Below are positions 9,787 to 18,998 of a stretch of DNA of 64,000 nt, piece by piece; position 1 is the first letter of the stretch; every line of letters begins with the position of its first letter. This DNA is from an uncultured bacterium (GTDB taxonomy: Bacteria > Desulfobacterota > Syntrophorhabdia > Syntrophorhabdales > JANXAF01). The notes under the pieces were generated by a model, which did not search any database, was not told the origin of the DNA, and saw nothing but the letters and a program-made list of their open reading frames with translations. The stretch is from positions 3,786 to 67,785 of the forward strand of contig CALKEQ010000013.1 in assembly GCA_938084905.1 (NCBI GenBank). The letters run 5' to 3'. The translations under genes were made by a program, and so were the position numbers.

Positions 9787-9807
9787 TTTTTTTTGGGGGA
9801 AGAAGAA

Positions 9808-10746
9808 ATGGTGAACAAACTGAAGATCTTCTCAGGAAACGCGAATTTAGACCTGGCGATAAGAATCTGCCGTTACCTGGGTGTAGAACTTGGGAAGGCA
9901 CGTGTTGGAACTTTCAGCGACGGGGAGGTCCAGGTTATAGTGGAAGAGAATGTTAGAGGGATGGACACCTTTGTTGTGCAACCCACATGCCCTCCTGTAA
10001 ACCATAACCTTATGGAGCTTTTGATAATGATAGACGCATTAAAGAGGGCCTCAGCTCAAAGGATAACAGTTGTAATTCCGTATTACGGGTACGCAAGACA
10101 GGATAGAAAGGTAGTTCCTAGAACATCGATAAGTGCAAGACTGGTGGCAAACCTTCTTACCGTGGCAGGAGCCTCAAGGATACTGACAATGGATCTTCAC
10201 GCAGGGCAAATCCAGGGCTTCTTTGATATTCCCGTTGACCACCTATACGCTTTGCCAGTTCAGCTAGAATATCTAAGAAAAAAGGGGGATAATACTGTGG
10301 TTGTAGCCCCTGATGCCGGAGGCGTAGAAAGGGCAAGAGAGCTTGCAAAAAGGTTAAATGCGTCCCTTGCCATAATAGACAAGAGAAGGGAAAAGGAGAA
10401 TGTATCAAAGGTCATGCATCTTGTAGGTGACGTAAAAGATAAAACTGCCATAATTGTGGACGACATAGTCGACACTGCGGGAACCGTAGTACAAGCTGCG
10501 GAAGCTATAATGAACAACGGTGCCAGGTGCGTTCTAGCTTCCTGTACACATCCCGTCCTCTCTGGAAATGCGATAGATAGGATAAGAGAATCGCAACTTG
10601 AGGAGCTCGTTGTGACAAACACCATTCCCTTATCAAAGGAAGCGGCTTCCCTAGAGAAGATAAAGGTCCTGGATGTGGCACCTTTGCTTGGAGAGGCAAT
10701 AAAGCGTATTCATAATGACGAATCAGTAAGTTCACTTTTCGTATAA
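9808..10746 (+). CDS. prs: Ribose-phosphate pyrophosphokinase
   Basis: [13 protein letters not shown]..., [13 protein letters not shown], and the PRPP loop [15 protein letters not shown] 9808 is preferred over the TTG at 9793, which abuts the tRNA. Confidence 0.93.
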   Translation: MVNKLKIFSGNANLDLAIRICRYLGVELGKARVGTFSDGEVQVIVEENVRGMDTFVVQPTCPPVNHNLMELLIMIDALKRASAQRITVVIPYYGYARQDRKVVPRTSISARLVANLLTVAGASRILTMDLHAGQIQGFFDIPVDHLYALPVQLEYLRKKGDNTVVVAPDAGGVERARELAKRLNASLAIIDKRREKENVSKVMHLVGDVKDKTAIIVDDIVDTAGTVVQAAEAIMNNGARCVLASCTHPVLSGNAIDRIRESQLEELVVTNTIPLSKEAASLEKIKVLDVAPLLGEAIKRIHNDESVSSLFV

Positions 10747-10764
10747 AGGGTTCTGGAGGCCAAG

Positions 10765-11397
10765 ATGGACCATCCAACAATTTTTGCAGAAAGACGGCAA
10801 AAAAAAGGAAAATCTGAAGCGAGAAAGCTTCGAATGAAAAACAGAATCCCTGCAATCATCTATGGAAAGGACGTTGAACCTACGTGCATTTCCATCGATT
10901 TAAGGGAATGGACTAGATTTCAAAGGACCTTTAAAAGGACTACGATCGCGACATTGAAACTTAAGAGTGGAGAAGGCTATGAGGAAAGACCCGTAATGGT
11001 TAAGGATATTCAGTATGATCACCTCGGAGACAAGGTACTTCACGTGGATTTCCTCCAGATCTCCATGGAAAGACCCGTTGAGGTTGAAGTAGGTATCCAC
11101 CTCATTGGTGAATCTCCTGGCGTGAAAAAAGGCGGGATCGTTGAGCAACATCTTCACACAGTGCTTGTTGAATGTTTACCTGACAAAATACCTGAAAAAA
11201 TTGACGTGGACATATCAAACCTGGACATAGGTGATTCGATCCATCTGAATGAGATCAAAATTCCTGGAGTGAAGATTTTGGGGAGTCTTGATGCTGCTGT
11301 AGTTACTATCGTCCCGCCAACGGAAGAGGAGGAAGCAGCCCCTACTGAGCCGCAGGAACCACAAAGGATAGAAAGGGAGAAAAAAGAAGAGGAATAG
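10765..11397 (+). CDS. rplY: 50S ribosomal protein L25/general stress protein Ctc
   Basis: RKLRMKNRIPAIIYGK...VKDIQYDHLGDKVLHVDF, long Ctc-type form with an acidic tail. Confidence 0.9.
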   Translation: MDHPTIFAERRQKKGKSEARKLRMKNRIPAIIYGKDVEPTCISIDLREWTRFQRTFKRTTIATLKLKSGEGYEERPVMVKDIQYDHLGDKVLHVDFLQISMERPVEVEVGIHLIGESPGVKKGGIVEQHLHTVLVECLPDKIPEKIDVDISNLDIGDSIHLNEIKIPGVKILGSLDAAVVTIVPPTEEEEAAPTEPQEPQRIEREKKEEE

Positions 11398-11406
11398 CCG
11401 ATTCTT

Positions 11407-11964
11407 GTGTACCTTATATGCGGGCTGGGAAATAAAGGTGCCCAGTTTGAGAAGACAAGGCACAATATCGGGTTTCGTGTTATAGAAAAGCTGTCTGAAA
11501 GGTTGAAAATTCCACTCGACAAGAAGGCCGGGGAGTGCCTCATCGGATCTTCCACCACCTTAATACTTGCAAAACCGCAGACATTTATGAATATCTCCGG
11601 AAGGGTAATCCTTTTTCTCGTTCAGAAGTTCATGATAAGCCAGGAAAACTTAGTGATTGTCCATGACGATATGGACCTTAATTTTGGAGAAGTGAAGATT
11701 AAGTGGAACGGTGGAGATGGTGGCCACAGGGGCGTAAGGTCAATAATTGAGTCCTTAGAGAGCAGAAATTTTTTGAGGGTTAAGATTGGAATAGGAAGAC
11801 CTCACTACTTACCAGCGGATGAATACGTACTATCCGAATTTACAGAGGAGGAGGAAAAAAAGCTTCCAGAGATCGTAGAGAGAGCGGCCCTTGCTATTGA
11901 AACCATAGTAAATGAGGGTAAAGAAAAAGCAATGACCATTTTCAACAGAAGAACAAAAGGATAG
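11407..11964 (+). CDS. pth: Peptidyl-tRNA hydrolase
   Basis: LICGLGNKGAQFEKTRHNIGF, PQTFMNISG, HDDMDL, GHRGVRSI. GTG start. Confidence 0.93.
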   Translation: MYLICGLGNKGAQFEKTRHNIGFRVIEKLSERLKIPLDKKAGECLIGSSTTLILAKPQTFMNISGRVILFLVQKFMISQENLVIVHDDMDLNFGEVKIKWNGGDGGHRGVRSIIESLESRNFLRVKIGIGRPHYLPADEYVLSEFTEEEEKKLPEIVERAALAIETIVNEGKEKAMTIFNRRTKG

Positions 11965-11967
11965 GTT

Positions 11968-13056
11968 ATGGGCCTCTCCTGCGGAATAATAGGTCTTCCC
12001 AATTCTGGAAAATCTACAATATTCAACGCACTTACTGGGCTTAGCGTCCCAGCACATCCCTACCCTTTTTGTACAATAGAGCCCAATTTGGGAATAGTCC
12101 AAGTCCCAGACGAACGTTTGAGCAAGCTTGCGAGCATTGTAAAACCTGAAAAGGTAACACCAACAACAATAGAGTTTTTTGATGTTGCGGGACTTATAAA
12201 GGATGCTCATAAGGGAGAAGGTCTTGGAAACAGGTTCCTCTCCTATATACGTGGAGTTGATGCGATAGCCCATGTGGTCAGGTGCTTCAAAAGAGAAGAT
12301 GTAACCCACGTTTACGGAAGTATCGATCCTTTGAGGGACATTGAAATAGTCGAAACAGAATTGGCAATCTCAGATCTTGAAGTTGTTGAGGATAGAATAA
12401 AGAAGCTAGAAAGAACCTCAAAAACCCACGGGGAAAAATTCCGGAAAGAACTGGACTTGCTTTTAGAAGTCAAGACTTTGCTTGGCTCGGGCCGTTTCAT
12501 AGAGATTGGTCTCCTTAAAGAGGAGCAAAAATCCATACTTAAGTCCTTTAGTCTTTTAACCTCAAAACCTTTTTTCTACATCGCAAACGTGGATGAGGAA
12601 TCCCTTGAAAAAATTCCCTTTCCTCAAGTTGAGGAATACGCAAGGAAAAGGAAGACCGCTGTTGTATACATATGTGGAAAGCTGGAGGAAGAGCTTCTTA
12701 GGTTTTCAAAGGATGAAAGAAGGGCATATATGGAAATGTACGGCCTTAAAGACCTGGCTGTTGAAAAGATAGTTAAGACTGCGTACCAGCTCCTCGGTCT
12801 CATAACTTTCTACACCATAGTGGGAAAAGAGGTAAGGGCCTGGACCGTAAAAAAAGGGACAAAATGCGTAGAGGCAGCGGGAAAAATCCACTCTGACATG
12901 GAGGCGGGTTTTATAAAGGCCGAGGTCATATCTTACGAAGATTTCATTAAGGCAGGCTCAGAGAAAGATGCAAGGGAAAAAGGGTTCGTACATGTGGAGG
13001 GAAGGGATTATGAGGTGAAAGACGGTGATATTCTGCATATAAAATTCAACATTTGA
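11968..13056 (+). CDS. ychF: Redox-regulated ribosome-binding ATPase YchF
   Basis: GIIGLPNSGKSTIFNALT, FFDVAGL, and a C-terminal TGS-like block DFIKAGS...GRDYEVKDGDILHIKFN. Confidence 0.95.
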   Translation: MGLSCGIIGLPNSGKSTIFNALTGLSVPAHPYPFCTIEPNLGIVQVPDERLSKLASIVKPEKVTPTTIEFFDVAGLIKDAHKGEGLGNRFLSYIRGVDAIAHVVRCFKREDVTHVYGSIDPLRDIEIVETELAISDLEVVEDRIKKLERTSKTHGEKFRKELDLLLEVKTLLGSGRFIEIGLLKEEQKSILKSFSLLTSKPFFYIANVDEESLEKIPFPQVEEYARKRKTAVVYICGKLEEELLRFSKDERRAYMEMYGLKDLAVEKIVKTAYQLLGLITFYTIVGKEVRAWTVKKGTKCVEAAGKIHSDMEAGFIKAEVISYEDFIKAGSEKDAREKGFVHVEGRDYEVKDGDILHIKFNI

Positions 13057-13073
13057 CATTTCTGGAGGGGAAA

Positions 13074-14219
13074 ATGGATCTTACGGATCTGCAGAAAGAC
13101 CTAAGGAGGGCGGCAAGGGAATTTGCGGAGGGCGAATTTAGAGAAAAGGCCAGGTACTTTGATGAGATAGAAGACTTTGACTTTTCCCTCCATAAGAAGG
13201 CATGTGAGTGCGGGTTTGTAGGCACATTTATTAAAGAGGAATACGGAGGGCATGGCCTTGGTTTTTTTGAACATGCTCTAATAACTGAAGAATTTTGGAG
13301 AGTTGACCCGGGTTGTGGCCAGGCCATCCTCTCATGTACCTTTGGAGCAGAGATGATCCAGGAATACGGGACTGAGACTCAGAAAAAGACCTACTTACCT
13401 CCCCTAGTCAAAGGAGAGGCTATCATGGGATTCGGAATTACAGAACCTGATGCGGGAAGTGATGTTACTTCTGTGAAAACAAAGGGAGAAAGAAGGGGTG
13501 ATAAATTCGTAATAAACGGAAGTAAGATGTTCATAACAAACGGATGTGTAGCAAATTACATCCTGGTTTTCTGTTTAACAGAAATGGAGGAAAAGGATCC
13601 ACATAGAAGATATAGCGTTATTCTCGTGGAGACGGACAGAAAAGGCTTTGAAGCTCAAAAAATAAAGGGAAAGATGGGAATCAGGGCTTCAGACACAGCA
13701 GAGCTCAGGTTTAACGATGTGGAGGTTCCTGTGTCCAATCTCATCGGTCGACAGGGCTACGGTTTTTACCAGCTCATGGACTTTTTTAACAGGACAAGGT
13801 TACACGTTGCAGCTCAGGGAGTTGGTGTTGCCCAGGGAGCTCTCGAGATGGCTATAGCTCATGTTAAAAAGAGGAGGGCCTTTGGAAAAACTCTTTCCGA
13901 ATTCCAGGGCGTTCAGTTCAAGCTCGCCGAGATGGCAACCAAAATAGAGGCCGCAAGAGGTTTATACTGGAGAGCGGCTTACCTTCTCGACCACGGTAAG
14001 ATAGATCCTGCACTTATATCAATGGCAAAGTGGTTTGGTGGAGAGGTGGCAGTTTTCGTAACAAATGAAGCACTTCAACTCCACGGTGGCTACGGTTACA
14101 TAGCGGAGTACGATATTCAGCGCTTCTACAGAGACGCAAAAATAGTTGAGATTTACGAGGGCACAAAGGAAGTGGAAAAAGCCATAATAGCGAGAGAATT
14201 GCTAAAAAGAGTATTCTGA
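13074..14219 (+). CDS. Acyl-CoA dehydrogenase (short/medium-chain type)
   Basis: GFGITEPDAGSDV, FITNG, QLHGGYGY, IYEGTKEV. ATG 13074 is preceded by GGAGGGG. The ORF-track TTG 13053 is the alternative start. Confidence 0.9.
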   Translation: MDLTDLQKDLRRAAREFAEGEFREKARYFDEIEDFDFSLHKKACECGFVGTFIKEEYGGHGLGFFEHALITEEFWRVDPGCGQAILSCTFGAEMIQEYGTETQKKTYLPPLVKGEAIMGFGITEPDAGSDVTSVKTKGERRGDKFVINGSKMFITNGCVANYILVFCLTEMEEKDPHRRYSVILVETDRKGFEAQKIKGKMGIRASDTAELRFNDVEVPVSNLIGRQGYGFYQLMDFFNRTRLHVAAQGVGVAQGALEMAIAHVKKRRAFGKTLSEFQGVQFKLAEMATKIEAARGLYWRAAYLLDHGKIDPALISMAKWFGGEVAVFVTNEALQLHGGYGYIAEYDIQRFYRDAKIVEIYEGTKEVEKAIIARELLKRVF

Positions 14220-14843
14220 AAACGCCTTTTTGGCCTCTTTGAGAATTTTTCTAACGAGTACCTTTGTCATGTATAGGAGTTCTGAGGATGAAAAAATGTT
14301 CGTTGCCTTTTTCTGAAAGTAGATTGAAAGTTCCGGACCTTTTTCTTCTTCCCCTTCCTTGAAGAAAAAAAGAGATTCGATCCCTGGAAGGAGAGAAAAG
14401 AGCACGGGACTATCTCTTTCTTTCAACCTCACCCCTCCGAGGGATGTTCCACATTTGAAGAAGAAACTTTGGTCGTATGAAAAAGCTCTCTTTAATGGTT
14501 TAAGAGCTTTACTCAGAGAAACACCCAACTCTTCCAAATTCCTATAATCTTCTTCTTTGCCTTCTGCCACTTCAGGTAGGTTTTTCAGGTAACGGAGAAT
14601 AATAGCTTTAAGAGGAGTATCCAGGGATGCTCCGCCAACTTTCTTAAAGGTAAAGGAAGGTATCCTTAGGATGATAAGATCCCCTATAAATGGAATTTCC
14701 AGAATTTGCTCTTCCCCCTTGCGGTAATTGATGTTCAATCTTTTAAAAAAGGGTTCAATTTGGGATAGATCGATCTCCCTCTTTAGCTCCTCTACCTCCT
14801 TTTTTATGGCAGCCTTCCTTCTCTCTCTTTCACTGACCCACAC
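14202..14843 (-). CDS. Hypothetical protein (possibly DUF3786-like)
   Basis: 213-aa ORF with a GTG start overlapping the rpe stop. The layout (ILRYL..., ...GG..., FFFKEGEEE...) loosely recalls DUF3786. The family call is tentative. Confidence 0.5.
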   Translation of the reverse strand: MWVSERERRKAAIKKEVEELKREIDLSQIEPFFKRLNINYRKGEEQILEIPFIGDLIILRIPSFTFKKVGGASLDTPLKAIILRYLKNLPEVAEGKEEDYRNLEELGVSLSKALKPLKRAFSYDQSFFFKCGTSLGGVRLKERDSPVLFSLLPGIESLFFFKEGEEEKGPELSIYFQKKATNIFSSSELLYMTKVLVRKILKEAKKAFSEYSF

Positions 14844-15492
14844 TCTTTCTCACCTCTCTGATCTTTTCTGCATAGTTTTTGCTTTTAAAAATCTCCGTCC
14901 CCATAACAAGGATATCGGCCCCACATTCGACCACACGCTTTGCATTTGAAACTTTAATTCCTCCATCTACCTCAAGGAATATATCTTTATTCTTCATCAA
15001 CGTAAGCTCTTTCGCCCTCTTTATCTTGTCGTACATTGAAGGGATAAAGGATTGACCTCCAAATCCTGGATTAACTGTCATAACCAAAAGAAGATCAGCG
15101 TATTGAAGAGCTTCCTCAACGGCGGATATGTTCGTTCCTGGATTAAGTGTAATGCCCGCTTTTTTCCCCTCCCCTTTTATTATCTCCAGGGTCCGCAAAA
15201 CGTGCACATCCGATTCAACGTGGATCGTTACTATATCAGCTCCCGCTTTAATGAAATCTTTTACAAAGAGATGGGGGTCTTTTACCATGAGATGGCAGTC
15301 AAGAGGCTTTTTCGTTGCGCTTCTTATTGCTTCCACTACAGCTGGACCAAACGTGATGTTCGGAACAAAATGCCCGTCCATAATGTCTATGTGTATTAGA
15401 TCGCATCCTGCCTTATCAATCTTTGCGATTTCCCTCTTTAAGTTGAGCATGTCACAGGATATAATTGAAGGTGCTATGAGAACTCGGCCCAT
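14830..15492 (-). CDS. rpe: Ribulose-phosphate 3-epimerase
   Basis: IAPSIISCD, HIDIMDGHFVPNITFG, MTVNPGFGGQ, EVDGGI. ATG 15492 has a GGAGG SD 5 nt upstream; TTG 15504 is the ORF-track alternative. Confidence 0.93.
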   Translation of the reverse strand: MGRVLIAPSIISCDMLNLKREIAKIDKAGCDLIHIDIMDGHFVPNITFGPAVVEAIRSATKKPLDCHLMVKDPHLFVKDFIKAGADIVTIHVESDVHVLRTLEIIKGEGKKAGITLNPGTNISAVEEALQYADLLLVMTVNPGFGGQSFIPSMYDKIKRAKELTLMKNKDIFLEVDGGIKVSNAKRVVECGADILVMGTEIFKSKNYAEKIREVRKSVGQ

Positions 15493-15493
15493 A

Positions 15494-16195
15494 TCAACCT
15501 CCAAGAAATACGTTTATAACCAGAACTTCATTGGGGCTAAGAATCGTTCCTGGTCTCTTCTCTAGAGTTATTCTTCCCTCAGACTGAGAGCGTTCTCCTC
15601 TCCTATATACGACTTTGTAATCTATTCCTTTCGATTCTAGCTCCTCAATAATTTGGTTAAAATCGCTTCCAGTCACATCCGGTACTACGTAAAATTCAGG
15701 GGGCTTCATACCTACAATAACGGTTATTCCACCGCCTTCCGGCACCCTCTCTCCGGCAGCTGGAACATGTGCCAAAATTCTATCCTCAATTTTGCTTGGA
15801 ACGAATATTTTTTTTTGGATTTTCAGATTTTTCTCTGAGAGGAGGTCCTCAGCTACCCTAAGACTTAGTCCCTTCAAGTTTGGAACAACTACCATTTCCG
15901 GTCCTAACGATACCGTTACATGCACCGTTCTTCCCTCCTTGATAAGTGCGTTTGGCTCTGGTTGCTGGAAGAGAACTACCCCTTTTGGCACATCTTTCCT
16001 CTTCTCAGATCTTGAAACTTTAAGGTTGAGTCCCTTCTTTCTCAAAAGGGCTTCAGCCTCATATACGGTAAGTCCTTTTATGTCAGGACACGATACGGTT
16101 TTTTGATTTTTGAGAATGAAACCAGTTGTAAGGTAAGCGGAGAGTAAAAAAGAGAGAAGCATAAGGAAAATGTAGAAGAGGACTTTTACCTTCAT
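15494..16195 (-). CDS. Membrane-anchored protein with three PASTA domains and no catalytic domain
   Basis: N-terminal hydrophobic helix, then three ~65-aa repeats each opening with (V)P(D/N)(I/L/V)(K/T)G(L/S). There is no kinase or transpeptidase region. Confidence 0.8.
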   Translation of the reverse strand: MKVKVLFYIFLMLLSFLLSAYLTTGFILKNQKTVSCPDIKGLTVYEAEALLRKKGLNLKVSRSEKRKDVPKGVVLFQQPEPNALIKEGRTVHVTVSLGPEMVVVPNLKGLSLRVAEDLLSEKNLKIQKKIFVPSKIEDRILAHVPAAGERVPEGGGITVIVGMKPPEFYVVPDVTGSDFNQIIEELESKGIDYKVVYRRGERSQSEGRITLEKRPGTILSPNEVLVINVFLGG

Positions 16196-17304
16196 AGCTT
16201 TTTGAGCCTGGCTATGAAGAAGCCGTCCATTCCCGTTCTGTGCGGAACGGAAACGAAGAATACATCATCAGTAAAAGGAAATACCTTCTCCACTTTAAAT
16301 TTGGCCTTCTCCTTAAATTCCTCTATTACCTGGAAAGTCTCCTCGGGCTCAAAGGAACACACACTGTAGATTAATGTTCCATTTGGCTTTAGGCTTTCCC
16401 AAAGAGCCTCGAGAAGAGAGAGCTGTATTTTAGAAAATTTTTTTATATGGTCCTCAGAGATCCTCCACTTAACCTCAGGGTGCTTCCGAATTATTCCGAG
16501 AGAAGAGCAGGGGGCATCAAGAAGAATCGCATCGAATATTTCCTTCTTTAGAGGAGAGAAGAGAATGTCTCCGACTACCCTTTTAACGAAAGGAGGAACA
16601 TTCCTGACCTTTTCGATCGACAGATCCATTGCGACAACCCTAAATACCTCTCCAAATCTGTCGACGATGTTTACTGTCTTTGTACCATATCCAGAGCAAG
16701 CATCAAGAAGAAGTCCCCTTCCATTCCCCTTTAAGGCCTCCACAGCCAACTGGGAAGCTTCATCCTGAACGTAGATTATCCCCTCTTTAAAGAGTCTATC
16801 TTTAAGGATGGGTCCAACCTTTCTCGTGTAAAGAGCACTCTCAAGCCATTTTCCACTTTCAACATCTATCCTTTTTTTCCTCAGATAATTAACTACGTCA
16901 TTTACAGACATTTTTTTCGTGTTAACCCTTAAACCGAAAACTGGCGAGGTATTCAAGTAAGATAGGAGCTCTTCGATCTCCTCTCCGAATCTCCTATACC
17001 ATCTTTCTGTAAGCCAATGAGGGAAAGAGTATTTTACGGACAAATCGGGCGGTAAGAGATTCTTTCCGGTACGAGTGTAGTTTCTGAGGACCGCATTTAC
17101 AAATCCTCCTACCATTTTTCCCCATCTTGAATTTGCAAATGAGACAGCCTCGTTTATTACATGATATGCAGGTTTTCTCATAAATTCTACCTGGTACAGT
17201 GTAAGCTTCAAAAGGATCTTTACCTTCCTTTTCACCCTTTTACGGATGTAATGAGAAAGGAGCCATTCGAGGTAAAGCTTCCAGCGAATAACCCCTGCTA
17301 CCAT
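16192..17304 (-). CDS. rsmB: 16S rRNA (cytosine-C5)-methyltransferase RsmB/Sun family (as-read ORF; homology continues upstream to about 17439)
   Basis: NusB-like FVNAVLRN and the MTase core LLLDACSGYGTKT, DAILLDAPCSSLGIIRKHPE, TLIYSVCS. See the finding on the missing start codon. Confidence 0.88.
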   Translation of the reverse strand: MVAGVIRWKLYLEWLLSHYIRKRVKRKVKILLKLTLYQVEFMRKPAYHVINEAVSFANSRWGKMVGGFVNAVLRNYTRTGKNLLPPDLSVKYSFPHWLTERWYRRFGEEIEELLSYLNTSPVFGLRVNTKKMSVNDVVNYLRKKRIDVESGKWLESALYTRKVGPILKDRLFKEGIIYVQDEASQLAVEALKGNGRGLLLDACSGYGTKTVNIVDRFGEVFRVVAMDLSIEKVRNVPPFVKRVVGDILFSPLKKEIFDAILLDAPCSSLGIIRKHPEVKWRISEDHIKKFSKIQLSLLEALWESLKPNGTLIYSVCSFEPEETFQVIEEFKEKAKFKVEKVFPFTDDVFFVSVPHRTGMDGFFIARLKKL

Positions 17305-17440
17305 TTCATAGATGAGAGATTTTTTTGGTTCGTCTATTTTTGTGGTAGAGAAGAACCTGTCTAACTCTTCGTCGAGGAAAGAACCGTTTTCGACTTTGTC
17401 GATTATATCTATTATAGATTCTCTGGGGAGAGAGCCTATG

Positions 17441-18340
17441 TTATCTCCGATAGACCATGGCCTCGAGTCTTCTTATCCTCTCTTCAATGGGAGGATGAGT
17501 ACTGAATAACGCGAGGATACCTTCACCTTTCAACGGATTAACAATGAACATCGGAGCGGTTGATGGATTTGCGTCAGTCATGGGGATCCTTCTAACCCAG
17601 GTCGCTAATTTTCTAAGAGCAGAGGCAAGGTAAAGTGGGTTACCGCTCAGTCTTGCCCCTCCATCGTCTGCTAAATATTCCCTCGATCTAGAAATGGCGA
17701 GCTGTATAAGCATGGCGGCAAAGGCAGCTAACATTGAGAAGATAACAAGGGAAAGGATATTTCCTCCGCTTTCCTCTTCATCTGAGTTTGCTCGACCAAA
17801 AAAGAGAGAAAAACGTGCAAAGTTGGCAAGCATGGTTATAGCGCCGGCAAGAGTAGCAGCAATTGTCTGAACAAGGATATCTCTGTGTTTTATATGTGAT
17901 ATTTCGTGTGCAAGAACGCCTTCAAGTTCTTCCCTGTTAAGCAATTTCAGAATCCCAGTTGTAACTGCCACAACTCCATTTGACGGGTTTCTACCTGTGG
18001 CGAAGGCATTTGGGCTATCGTTATCGATTATGTAAAGCCTAGGAGTTGGAATCTGTGCCTTCTGGGCCAGCTTTTGGACAATGAAGTGAAGTTCAGGTGC
18101 CTCATTTGCAGAAACTTCCCTCGCACCGTACATGGCGAGAACGATCCGATCTGAGAACCAGTAGCTTAAGAGGTTCATCAAAAGGGCAATTGCAAAGGCG
18201 ATATAGGCTCCTTCTTTGCCGCCTATGAGGCTTCCAACAAAGACGAAAAGTATCGTTAATACTACCATCAAAAGGAAGGTCTTGGCCTGATTCAAGGTTT
18301 TCCCTCCCGTTTTTTTGTCAAGTTTATTATAATCACTCAA
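17441..18340 (-). CDS. htpX: Zinc metalloprotease HtpX (M48)
   Basis: [16 protein letters not shown] (HExxH), [19 protein letters not shown]. Multiple TM segments. Confidence 0.93.
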   Translation of the reverse strand: MSDYNKLDKKTGGKTLNQAKTFLLMVVLTILFVFVGSLIGGKEGAYIAFAIALLMNLLSYWFSDRIVLAMYGAREVSANEAPELHFIVQKLAQKAQIPTPRLYIIDNDSPNAFATGRNPSNGVVAVTTGILKLLNREELEGVLAHEISHIKHRDILVQTIAATLAGAITMLANFARFSLFFGRANSDEEESGGNILSLVIFSMLAAFAAMLIQLAISRSREYLADDGGARLSGNPLYLASALRKLATWVRRIPMTDANPSTAPMFIVNPLKGEGILALFSTHPPIEERIRRLEAMVYRR

Positions 18341-18990
18341 AAGAATTCGTCAAGTATGAACTTGAAGTTCCTCTTTATAACCTTTGAACCTGCAAGGAGT
18401 TCACCGTGGCCAGGAATAAGGTACTCTATATCCAGTTTTGATAGCTTAATGACGCTCTCCTTGAGCCGCTCCCCATCTCCTCCTGGAAGGTCAAACCTTC
18501 CGACGCCCATATAAAAAACAGTATCTCCTGAAATGAGCACACGTTTCTCTTCCCAGTAAAGGCAAATCGATCCTGGAGTGTGGCCCGGCGTGTCTATTAC
18601 CCTGAAAGTTTTGTCTCCGATCTTCAACCTCCCCTCTTTTAAGAAGATCTTCCAATTTTCCCGAGGTGGTTGAGATCCAGAAGCCAAAAATAACTCTTTC
18701 CCCTCCCCTTTAAGGTAGCTGTACTCCTCAAAACTTATGGCCTTTATAACTTCATCTCCAAAGAGGTCACAACCCTCTGCATGGTCTGGATGGGAATGTG
18801 TTACGATAATGAACTTAATGTGATCCACAATCTTTCCCTCACTTGCCATTCCCTCAATTACGTGGCTGAAAAGGTGCCTATGTCCAGGATCAACGAGAAC
18901 TGGCGGTTTCCCATCGATAAATATGGTATTGCAGTTATTCTCGGTCTGGGAGAACCAGGGGTAAATGTAAAGATCTTCGAGAAGCTTCAC
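18337..18990 (-). CDS. MBL-fold metallo-hydrolase
   Basis: THSHPDH (HxHxDH), [19 protein letters not shown] start. Confidence 0.85.
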   Translation of the reverse strand: MKLLEDLYIYPWFSQTENNCNTIFIDGKPPVLVDPGHRHLFSHVIEGMASEGKIVDHIKFIIVTHSHPDHAEGCDLFGDEVIKAISFEEYSYLKGEGKELFLASGSQPPRENWKIFLKEGRLKIGDKTFRVIDTPGHTPGSICLYWEEKRVLISGDTVFYMGVGRFDLPGGDGERLKESVIKLSKLDIEYLIPGHGELLAGSKVIKRNFKFILDEFF

Positions 18991-18998
18991 GGCTCACC

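Noticed and set aside
9714-9956. 80-aa plus-strand ORF beginning at the tRNA
   Set aside because: It reads straight through the tRNA-Gln gene and then out of frame across the prs 5' end, so it is an artefact.
11830-12309. 159-aa minus-strand ORF antisense to the pth/ychF junction
   Set aside because: It fully overlaps two highly conserved genes. The product has no recognisable family features and no SD, so it is most likely a chance antisense ORF.
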